From Octopus sinensis (lineage: Eukaryota): a stretch of DNA of 10,677 bases. The stretch is from the NCBI RefSeq assembly GCF_006345805.1, contig NW_021827347.1, positions 1 to 10,677 on the forward strand, written 5' to 3'. Positions within the stretch are counted from its first letter, which is position 1; the number at the start of each line of letters is the position of its first letter. Shown here piece by piece: positions 1 to 9,209 of this stretch. The position numbers and the translations under genes were made by a program. The notes beneath the pieces are model-generated. The model worked only from the letters and a program-made list of their open reading frames with translations. It was not told where the DNA came from and searched no databases.

Positions 1-445
1 TCTACTGACCCCGAAAACACACACGCTTGCAATGCGACCTTCTTAACCAAACCACACACAGCAACACAACAACTATTGAAGAGTATAAAAAAAAAGAATC
101 TATAGACTTGTTGTCACAACACCATAGAATCAAAATATCAGCTCACCGAAGTGTACGCATTAATTAGTCGGAGAGAAACAATAAACAAGATACGAAGACG
201 TATTCAATAGGAAAAATTTTAAAAAAGAAAAAGAAACGGAGATATATTAACGTTAGGGATGTGTGTTTGTTGTTGTGTGTTTGTTGTTGTGTGTTTGTGC
301 GTTTTGTTTATTTGATCAGAGTTTCTGCTTAAGTAGTTATTCCTTAGTGCGGTGATACTGTTGCCATATTTACAGAAGTTTGTTAAGCAGAGTGGAATTG
401 ATGAGAAACAGGAAGTGACATCGGAAGAAAGTGAAACGGAAGTGA

Positions 446-483
446 TTACATACATATATATATACATATATATATACATATAC

Positions 484-514
<31 letters not shown>

Positions 515-634
515 CATGTATATATATATATATATAAATATATATATACATATATATATATACATATATATATACATATACATATATATAAATATATATA
601 TGTATATATATATGTATATATATATATACAAACA

Positions 635-668
<34 letters not shown>

Positions 669-763
669 CATACATATATATATATTTATATATATGTATA
701 TATATATTTATATATACATATATATATATATACATATACATATTATATATATATATATACACC

Positions 764-794
<31 letters not shown>

Positions 795-808
795 CATATA
801 TATATTAT
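446..808. repeat. Imperfect (TA)n / (TACA) microsatellite array
   Basis: Direct reading; source of the YI-repeat ORFs. Confidence 0.97.
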
Positions 809-839
809 GTATACAGCAAATGAATTTCATCGTTGTTTA

Positions 840-920
840 TGTGTTGTGTGTGTATGTATGTATGCGTGTGGGAGAGAGAGGAAGAGAGAGAGGGTGAGAG
901 GAAGAGAGAGAGGGTGAGAG
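840..920. repeat. (GT)n/(GA)n compound repeat including a 20-bp tandem unit gagaggaagagagagagggt
   Basis: Direct reading. Confidence 0.85.
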
Positions 921-1361
921 TGAAAAGAATACACGCGTTTTTTGCTGCATATGCATATTTTCGACTGAATGAGTAGTTATGCAGGTTTTGTGCACCGAGC
1001 ATAGCAATATTCACACATGCATATATATATGTGTGTCTGTATGACTGTGCTTGAATATATAAGTATGCACATATATTTATTTACTAATTTGTGTATTTTT
1101 CCCTCACGGGCTACTTTTTACTGGTAGGCAATACTTTGTATTGCATTACTGATATTTTGAAACTTCTTCACCGTTTCTCGTACTGTTAGCGTTCCGTATT
1201 TCAGTCGAGTGTGTTAGTATTAATGTGGTAACATAGTAGATTTCGTCTTGGTATATGTTTGGCTGAAGAAGGTAAGCAAAATATGAGTGAGAGACATATC
1301 TTGCAAAACCTGAAACCTGCAGGTACCACATTATCCATTTTCCGGGTGTTTCATCTTTCAG

Positions 1362-1376
1362 ATGTTCTCCCTGGAG
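1362..1376 (+). other. Candidate 15-nt micro-exon of a host gene (ATGTTCTCCCTGGAG)
   Basis: Preceded by tttcatctttcAG and followed by GTaaga; an upstream donor AAG|GTAAGC at 1272 would give a 90-nt intron. Splice-site pattern only. Confidence 0.3.
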
Positions 1377-1523
1377 GTAAGACGGTTTTTTTTCTCTATT
1401 TTTTGTTGCACACACGCATTTTTGCTAATACATACGCGTGGAAGCTACACATTAGCGTCGTATTTTTACGTTCGCTATTTCCAGTAAATATCGGTACTTA
1501 GTTGTGCCATTTACTTACTAATT

Positions 1524-1526
<3 letters not shown>

Positions 1527-1597
<71 letters not shown>

Positions 1598-1612
1598 ATA
1601 GATAGATATAGA

Positions 1613-1655
<43 letters not shown>

Positions 1656-1700
1656 CACAGACAGGCAGACAGACAGACAGATAGATAGATAGATAGATAG

Positions 1701-1741
<41 letters not shown>

Positions 1742-1742
1742 G
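1527..1742. repeat. Compound microsatellite (TA)n-(GATA)n-(GACA)n-(GATA)n
   Basis: Direct reading; lies immediately 5' of the LINE fragment. Confidence 0.97.
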
Positions 1743-1954
1743 AGAGACCTGCATGGGGTGGATGCAGTTGTCTTTAAAATAAAACTGGATCTCTTCCTGT
1801 CAGGTGTCCCAGATGAACCAACTTCACGGCAGGAGGTGCAGATGAGGGCAGCTGCATCGAACTCTCTCATGCACCAAATGGCAATTGCTAAAAAGCATTA
1901 GTGAAGTAAAATCATGTAGAAACACCAAATGTCGGTGCCCCAGCATGGCCACAG
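1743..1954 (+). mobile_element. 5'-truncated non-LTR retrotransposon (LINE) 3' end: ORF2 C-terminus + 3' UTR
   Basis: 1743-1901 reads RDLHGVDAVVFKIKLDLFLSGVPDEPTSRQEVQMRAAASNSLMHQMAIAKKH*. The FKxKLDxFLxxVPDEP...SNSL pattern is recalled from invertebrate LINE ORF2 ends; clade not assigned. The UTR ends in cggtgccccagcatggccacag, shared with the SINEs. Confidence 0.72.
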
Positions 1955-2090
1955 ATATAGATATAGATACAGATATAGATATATCTGTATATATAATTTT
2001 TTTCGTAATTAGATAAAACAACCATTTATAGACAGAAGGTCTTACATCTGTTTCCAGGATAACTATTATATCCCTTCATCGGAGTGTATT

Positions 2091-2277
2091 TGTGTGTGTA
2101 TTAGTGTGTCTGTGTTTGTCCACCCAACATCGCTTGACAACCGATGCTGGTGTGCTTACGTCCCAGTAACATAGCTGTTCGGCAAAAGAGACCGATAGAA
2201 TAAGTACTAGACTTACAAAGAATAAATTCTGGGGGTCGATTTGCTCGACTAAAGGCGATGCTCCAGCATGGCCACAG
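2091..2277 (+). mobile_element. SINE fragment (3' half), same family as 2685-3120
   Basis: gtgtctgtgtttgtcc...cttgacaaccgatgctggtgtg...ttcggcaaaagagaccgatagaataagtact...ctccagcatggccacag aligns with ~2908-3079. Confidence 0.88.
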
Positions 2278-2583
2278 GATTAAAGTTAGACAGCACGATA
2301 AAGAGTAAATGGTCAGGCAGGCTACACTCTATAATAGCTTCGAGTGGGTGGTCATGACTGGAATGTCACAGCATAGGCTGATTTTGTCTGAGATGGCCAG
2401 GGGTCTGGCAGCAACAACACAACAATTGCAGTACATCAAATAATGTGTTACGATAAATTGCATAACCAACAGCTGTTCTGTCTGGAATTTCGCAGATTAT
2501 TGAGTTGCTTCATTGGAATTGGCCTGAGGTCAGACCATAACAAGAACAACAAAAATACCAACTCGAACTTCACAGAGGCACCA

Positions 2584-2586
<3 letters not shown>

Positions 2587-2621
<35 letters not shown>

Positions 2622-2639
2622 TCTCTCTCTCTCTCTCTC

Positions 2640-2684
<45 letters not shown>
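2587..2684. repeat. Compound microsatellite (CA)n-(CT)n-(TA)n
   Basis: Direct reading. Confidence 0.97.
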
Positions 2685-2686
<2 letters not shown>

Positions 2687-3120
2687 CGCAGGAGTGGGTG
2701 TGTGGTAAGTAGCTTGCTTACCGACCACATGGTTCTGGGTTCAGTCCCACTGCGTGGCACCTTGGGCAAGGGTCTTCTACTATAGCCTCTGGCCGACCAA
2801 AGCCTTCTGAGTGGATTTTGGTAGAAAATGATAGAAGTACGTCGTATATATATGTATATATATATGTGTGTGTGTGTGCGTGTGTGTGTGGTGTGTGCGT
2901 GTGTTTGTGTGTCTGTGTTTGTCCCCCTAACATTGCTTGACAACCGATGCTAGTGTGTTTACGTCCCCGTCACTTAGCGGTTCGGCAAAAGAGACCGATA
3001 GAATAAGTACTGGGCTTACGAAGAATAAATTCCGGGGTCGAGTTGCTCGATTAAAAGCGGTGCTCCAGCATGGCCGCAGTCAAATGACTGAAACAAGTAA
3101 AAGAGTAAAGAGTAAAAGAG
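2685..3120 (+). mobile_element. Full-length tRNA-derived SINE (Octopus-type) with internal (TA)/(TG) microsatellite
   Basis: Pol III A-box-like TGGGTGTGTGG at 2695-2705, B-box-like GGTTCAGTCCC at 2738-2748, 3' hairpin cagtc-aaat-gactg at 3077-3090, (gtaaaaga)n tail at ~3097-3120; (TA)n on both sides. Confidence 0.88.
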
Positions 3121-3699
3121 TATATATATATATATATATCACACATACACAAGCTCACGTGCACGCACACAAACAAATAGGTACAACGAATTGTTCTATA
3201 TTTTTATATCAGCTTTCAATTTTTTTTTCCCCCAATTTTCCAATTTTCCAAATAATAATTGTAATAAATCAATCAAAAACTCAACCAAGGAGACGCAACA
3301 TTGTTTATATATTATATACATCTTATAGAATATCGATTATTTATGCTTATTTTACGAACAGAGCAAAATTGATATCCGGTTGTCAGAGGGATGAGACGGA
3401 AATTTGTACATTTTGCGTTCTTTTCCAAGCCCTAGTGATTTCTTTCCTGTCTCTTTTTTTTTTAGTTTTATACTTTGGTATTATTTATTTTTTCTTATTT
3501 TGTCAGTTTTATGTGTTGTTTGTATTTTTTTAATTAAAGAAGGTTTTTTATCATTTTTTTTCTATTCTTCTTTACGTCTCCGTTTTGTCATATTCGTATT
3601 TCTGTTTATCTGTCAAAGAAATCATTCAGAAAATTCTTCAACGATCATTTGGTGTAAATATATACAAATATGCCAAAACAGACAAAAGTACAGCCACAG

Positions 3700-3915
3700 T
3701 CACATACACAAACACACACACACACACACACACGCACATAAACATATGCATAAATGAAAATACCCATGCGACCACATAATATAAAGTACAAAAATGTGTG
3801 GGGCAAATACACTTACATACAAACACATATTTATATGTATGTGAATATATATACACATATGTACAGATATATATGTGTATATATAAAAAACCCACCATAT
3901 ATAAAAAGATATATT

Positions 3916-3951
<36 letters not shown>

Positions 3952-4048
3952 AATAGATAACATATTCAAACCCCCATATATATATATAATATATATATAA
4001 CTGTTCTCGCGTTGTTGGTTTTTCTTGCTTGTTCATGTTTGGATTGAC

Positions 4049-4085
<37 letters not shown>

Positions 4086-4232
4086 TTATACAAGTATTTA
4101 TGCATATACATAAGTGTTATAGGTATATATATTTGAATATATATGTCTGTATATAAATGTATATATTATATATATATACATATATATATATATATTATAC
4201 ATATATATATAAATATATGTGTATGCATATAT

Positions 4233-4266
<34 letters not shown>

Positions 4267-4624
4267 TATATAATATATATTATATATTATAATATATATA
4301 TACATGTATGTGTCTATGTAATCTATGAAGTATTCAGTAGGTACTTCTAACGCTCAAAAGAGACATACCTCCGCAAAGCTACCGCATATCAATATGGAAT
4401 TTATCATATACATATATTCAATACACACGCCTGCTCCTCTCCCACGCACGCACATATGCTCGCACCCTCCCACACACACACCCACAGCACCAGCCCACGC
4501 ACACACGCACACAATCACATACAGATACTCACAAATACTGACATACATATCCATATACATATATGCATATATATATATGTATATATGTATGTATATATGT
4601 ATATATATATATATATATATATAC
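3700..4624. repeat. Interrupted (TA)n/(CA)n/(TG)n microsatellite field, ending in the left target (TA)n of the PLE
   Basis: Direct reading; includes short unique spacers such as ~4320-4400. Confidence 0.9.
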
Positions 4625-4654
4625 GCGAGAAAGAAGCAACAAGAATGGATAGGT

Positions 4655-4744
4655 TTTTAGTACAATCGTTTCATACAAGGACAGGCTTTATTAAAAGTTG
4701 TAAAAATTACAGCATATAACGTGTCCCGTACTCATCAGCTAAAA
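4655..4744 (-). ncRNA. Type I hammerhead ribozyme (3' pLTR copy)
   Basis: Minus strand: UUUUAG-CUGAUGA-GUACGGGAC...GUCCUUGUAU-GAAAC-GAUU-GUA/CUAAAA. Stem I UUUUAG:CUAAAA, conserved core, GUA cleavage triplet; predicted cut between 4661 and 4660. Confidence 0.88.
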
Positions 4745-4889
4745 TACATGTGTGTTCTCTAGACATCCTAGTGGTTGAGGCTATACTCATGAAGTAATGT
4801 ATAATTAAGTAACATAAACAGATTTCCAAAGTTCATTAAAGTTCTTTAAAGATGATGTACAGTCCTATCACAGAATTTTAAAAAAGTTC

Positions 4890-5173
4890 TATTAGCATCA
4901 CAGAGAAGGTGACCTAATCCATAGAGCACATATGAATTTCCAGAGATATGATGAGGGATTACATACTCACAGAAGACAAATTTATCCATTGTTAATCACA
5001 ACGAGGTGGTCTCAATTCCTGCTTATTAGCATTACAGAGAGGGTGAATTAATCCTTTGTATAGATGCACAATTTCCAATGGTGTAGATGTAAGTTTCCGG
5101 AGAAATGAAGAGGAATTTCATATTCACAGGCGATAAATTTATCAATGGTTGAACACAATGAGGTAGGTATCAA
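4890..5173. repeat. Diverged internal tandem duplication within the pLTR (units ~4890-5015 and ~5024-5173; also at ~9478-9762)
   Basis: tattagcatcacagagaaggtgacctaatcc vs tattagcattacagagagggtgaattaatcc, and tttccagagatatgatgaggg...gaggtggtctcaa vs tttccggagaaatgaagagga...gaggtaggtatcaa. The second unit has a ~20-bp insertion. Confidence 0.85.
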
Positions 5174-5278
5174 AACTTGTTATATGATTAGGTATTTGCT
5201 ACATTAATCACATTACTGCTATTTACAAGAGGCTGTAGCTATTTAACTTTTAAAGGCTGAAGGGCATTCTAGAGAGGC

Positions 5279-5460
5279 CAAGAATAGAAAGGAGGGAAGG
5301 GAATAGAGAAAAGAGAGAAAATAAAGGAGGAGGGATCAAAAAAAGGGGGGGGGAAAGGGGACTAAAAGAGAAGAGAAAAGGAAAAAGAATAAGAAGAAGA
5401 ACAGAAAAAAGAGAAAAGAGAAAGAAATGGGAAAGAAGGGAAAAAATAAAAATAAAAAGA
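5279..5460. repeat. Purine-rich low-complexity tract (polypyrimidine on the element sense strand); second copy ~9868-10037
   Basis: Almost only A/G on the plus strand, including a G9 run. Confidence 0.85.
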
Positions 5461-6197
5461 GGGTTCTAGTTATACAGACGAATTAGTAGACGGCAAGTCT
5501 GGTTTTAATTTACAGGCATCTAGGAACTAGAGGAGAATATTATTCTTTGGCCAGTAAAACAGCTAATTTATTGCTGTTGAAATCAGCTATGAATTTAAAG
5601 AGAATCTAAAGAGATAACACAGTCAGGGGGTTAGGGGTCAGATGCTAAAATCAAAAGAAAATACATTAGGAAAATCTAAGTATAATCTTATCAAAAAGTC
5701 AATAAAACTTACTTATTTAATTTATTCATTTTATTGTCTTAAGGAGTTGCCGTTATTATTCATACATTGACGGACTACAGGTCAAATCTTAGAAGATCAT
5801 TTACAAGGTGTTAGGGGATTGTCTATCATAATGAAGATAATCATATTATCACCGAGGGGTAGCCTTATTTATTTAATTTTGAAATAGAATTATGGGGCTA
5901 TAGTATCTCATTTTATTTTATTAGAGTTATGCTACTTAAATTAGATTAAGTTAGGAATTAAAATTAAAATTACAATTAAGATTTAAAATTAAGAATTTAA
6001 AAATTATGAGTTTGAAATTAAATAAAGCCTCAATTAAGCAGCGTATAAGTACTATTCACTTCCCTGTTCTCAAAAAACTGATGCAGATATAAGGAAAAAG
6101 ATAACTGTAGTGTGAGAACTCTTAGTTATCTACTTAAAGCAGTGCTATACTAGTAGAAATCAAGTTATATCTATCTATCTAGTTACGGATATTCTAA

Positions 6198-6621
6198 TCA
6201 TTTAAAATATTTTAAAGTCTTCAATTTAGCGTGGACACAAACTTGACCTAGTTCGATATGATTATTCAATAAGTTTACTATGTTTTCTATGCTTTAGAAT
6301 TTCATACGTCTCCATGGAGCATAGTTGGCAACCAACCCTACTATTTTTATACGGAATTGCTCTCCTAACTATTTCCCAATTAAGTTTATAATTTTTATTA
6401 TTATTTTTGAGTTCCCAGATTTTGTTTGAAAGTGGTGTGGTACCAGCTTTATGACGTAATTTAAAAGACGAGATGTGATTCCTAACTCTGGCTAGAAAAT
6501 TAATTGTACATCCAACGTAAAGATATTGTTTATTCTCCGTGGATATGGTACATTTATAGATTACATTATTTTCCCCACATAGACCAGGTGCCGGGCATTT
6601 TGATTTTATTCTACACTTACA
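6198..6621 (-). other. Cys-rich linker + GIY-YIG endonuclease domain
   Basis: CKCRIKSKCPAPGLC (CxCx5Cx5C, first Cys codon 6621-6619), then VIYKC...YLYVGCT (GIY/YIG equivalents), FLARVRNH (conserved Arg), CQLCSME (conserved Glu), and the repaired LLN...EL...CVH tail. Confidence 0.88.
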
Positions 6622-7724
6622 CACAGGAGGAGCAACTTCAGGCTTTGGATTATTCTTGGGTAGATGTCTTAGGTTCCTATTATTTTGATTATCATTTCTA
6701 TAGTTGGTGCTTATATCTAAAGTATTTCTATTATTTATTGATCCTTCAGCTTCATCATTTAGGTTTAAAGTCCTACCATGATTTCTTATATTATTGGTAA
6801 TGTTACTATTATTGTTAGTCTTTTTATCCGACTGCATATTGCTGTTATAAATATCACTGATTTTTTCATTCTCCTTATTTTCTCCATTAGCCTTATATCT
6901 ATTATTTCTATTATTAACATTATTACTTCTATTAATATCGGCATTGTTATTATTACTATTAATGTTAATGTTATTAGTCATTCTGTGGTTACTAATTTCA
7001 CCTATGTTTTGATAGTTACTATTGTTGTTTTTATTGTTGGTAGTATTATTATAATTGCTATTGGTATTCATGCTGATATTATTATTTTTATTTCTATCTT
7101 TCCTGGCTAGTTTAATGTTTTTATTATTAATCTTAGCTATTAAAGTGGACATATTTGGGAGGGTTGAATAAGAAATCCTAACTGTTTTCCTAGATATAAT
7201 TCTATGATATCTATGAGAGATAGGGAAATTTTTTTCCAGAATTACTTTAAATTTGTTCTGTATATCCGATTGTATCGCACAGTTGAAAGGGATATTCAGC
7301 CATAATATATCTTTTTTATTAAATTTAGGTTTCGTAGAATTACTACTATTCATCTCACCGGAGTTATTGTATTTATTACCATTATTTTTATTTTTATTTG
7401 TGTGCATCTTAGGTTTATCTACTTCAATATTATCCGAGTTACCTATGTTCTGGTCAATGCTTCTATTTGAATTGTTGGGCCTGTACGCTAGATTAGCGTT
7501 TACCATTAATTTAATTCTACTTTTATTTCGGGCTTGGTCTGTATTGCTGCTTATGTGATTACTGATAACTTCATTATTAGGAATACGTGAGTTCCCCTTA
7601 TCAACGAATGTAATCTTTTGGTTGTATCCAGCCTTAGTTAACGCCTCATTATAATGCTCAGAATGGGAGTTAAATATATCCTTATTGGATGATAATTTTG
7701 AAATTCTTAATGAAATATTTCTTA

Positions 7725-8557
7725 CTAAGATTCTATTATATTTGGGGGATGATTTGATAATTTATTTACGTAATTCGTGATTTCGCCTTCCTTTCTAAAT
7801 GGGTAATGTAGCTTGGAGTTAAGGTCTAGCGTAATATCTAGGAAGTTAACTATTTTAGTGCCCGGTTCATACGTTATACCGAGGTTGAAATCCTTAAAGA
7901 ACTTATTAATTTTCTTTCTAATCCTTTCTATAACAGATTTATTATTACTAGGGATAACAAACAGAGCATCATCCCTATATAGACCCCCCTGTATTTCTGG
8001 TATATCCTTGCTTATGCATTTTAATAGATATGCGCCCACTAGGTTGGTTACCTCAGCCGAATCACTGGAACCCATTGGTATATCAAAAAAATTAGGTGTA
8101 TCTGCTCTAGTCCATAATTTATCTTCAAATTCTATAAATGTCTTCCTAGCTAGTAGCACAATATTGATTTCTTCTCTAGATATGAGGGAGCGATTCATGG
8201 CAAATATTAGTGATTTGTTGAGTAAGATAGGGGAAATACTTGAGTAATAACTATTAATATCGAACTGAATAAAGGACAGACTACTAGTATTAGTTAGAGA
8301 GTTAAACCATTTTAGAACTTCATCCGTACTTAGCCATAGGTTTAAGGGAGAAGAGGGGTTATTTGGGGTAGAACACTATCCAGGATAGATTTACTAAGTC
8401 GGCCAATGTCCGACTTAGTTGGACAGATCAGCCTTACCGAAGGGTTTTCCAAGAAGTTCTTTTTGTGGTCTTTAAGGTTGATCCTGGGCTCACACGGTTT
8501 AAGTGGCTCCGTTCTATCCGTTAAATTTAGTTTCTCCATGATCTCTTTCATTTCCAT
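7725..8557 (-). other. Reverse transcriptase core domain (PLE type)
   Basis: Motif A FDINSYYSSI (Asp codon 8261-8259), motif B' FDIPMGSSDSAEV (~8090-8050), catalytic YRDD (7979-7968), and the VNFLDITLDL primer-grip region downstream. Confidence 0.92.
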
Positions 8558-9209
8558 GTTTACTTTTTCAAGTTGTTCTTAGTCGTAATTTTATATTTGG
8601 AGTTTAGTTCCTTCCTAATTAATTTGCTATAAATATCGTAATCAACTCTATACATATTACCCGTTTTATCTGCTGGTACTAGGATTCCATGTTTGCACCG
8701 GGTTGACTGAATAAAGTTCCTAAGGTGTCTAAGGTGAGGGTTATATCTTAACGGGTGTTCCTTGAAGCTAATATCATCTATAAGATTCAGCAAGTCTTTC
8801 TCAAATTCTCCAGGAATGGGTTCTGAGGTGGGCTTTTTCTACTTTTAAAAATTCTTCTAAAATTCTTTTCGGTGTTCTTTCCTGTGGTTTCTTCTTCTGT
8901 TTGACATCAAAATGGTACGTTTTCCACCTGATTCTTCTAATGAAATCGTTAATCCTATGAATGAGAAGCCAATTATATTCATCTATACTATGTAAGGGGA
9001 TGTCTTTAGGGGAGAACTCAATGTTTACCTTTTCCATTCTTGTTGAGAATTAAGTACCAGAAAAAATACAGACTGTATGGGAATATATTCAAAAAGCAAT
9101 AAAGATTCAAGTTAATTTAAATGAATTTACTTGAATATGGTACCTAACTTAGATGCACCAAAAAAAAACTATACTGTTTTAACAATACAGTAATGTGGGG
9201 TGATTATAA

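Larger units (their letters stand above)
4625..5458 (-). repeat. 3' pseudo-LTR of the PLE (direct repeat 1)
   Basis: Nearly identical to 9210-10037. By eye, one substitution (T4753 vs A9339) and a few 1-2-bp indels over the first ~660 bp, with more differences in the purine-rich tract. Confidence 0.95.
6198..9037 (-). pseudogene. PLE polyprotein (reverse transcriptase + GIY-YIG endonuclease), interrupted by six 1-bp frameshifts in this sequence; about 947 aa when repaired
   Basis: Track ORFs 8801-9037, 8560-8793, 8342-8557, 7725-8198 and 6262-7506 are colinear pieces of one protein: MEKVNIEFSPKDIP...FIRRIRWK, FKSRKSPPQ, LVPADKTGNMY, INLKDHKKNFLENPSVRLICPTKSDIG, LWLSTDEVLKWF, FIQFDINSYYSSI, FDIPMGSSDSAEVTNLVG, GLYRDDAL, YVNKLSNHPPNII, ILWLNIPF. 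The repaired C-terminus LLNNHIELGQVCVHAKLKTLKYFK ends at TGA 6200-6198. Confidence 0.9.

Noticed and set aside
260-305. 14-bp unit gtgtgtttgttgtt repeated about 2.5 times
   Set aside because: Ordinary slippage-derived GT-rich repeat; no further structure.
219-1014. Long YI/IY-repeat ORFs on both strands (also 1518-1754, 3638-4111, 4325-4719, 10297-10550)
   Set aside because: Translations of (TA)n, (GATA)n and (CA)n microsatellites, which lack stops in some frames; no coding signal.
2685-2760. tRNA gene (also considered for 10573-10655)
   Set aside because: A- and B-box-like motifs are present, but I could not fold a convincing cloverleaf and both continue into SINE bodies.
2937-3533. 198-aa plus-strand ORF
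   Set aside because: Runs through the SINE 3' half, a microsatellite and T-rich sequence; no recognisable domain.
5624-5818. Two TTAGGG motifs in the PLE 3' UTR, tempting given the PLE-telomerase relationship
   Set aside because: Isolated single hexamers ~180 bp apart, compatible with chance; this element has an endonuclease and sits in (TA)n.
6504-8247. Plus-strand ORFs 6504-6800, 6778-7110, 7253-7558 and 7813-8247
   Set aside because: Antisense shadows of the PLE ORF; the Ile/Val-rich 'membrane-like' text is the complement of AAT/AAC Asn codons.
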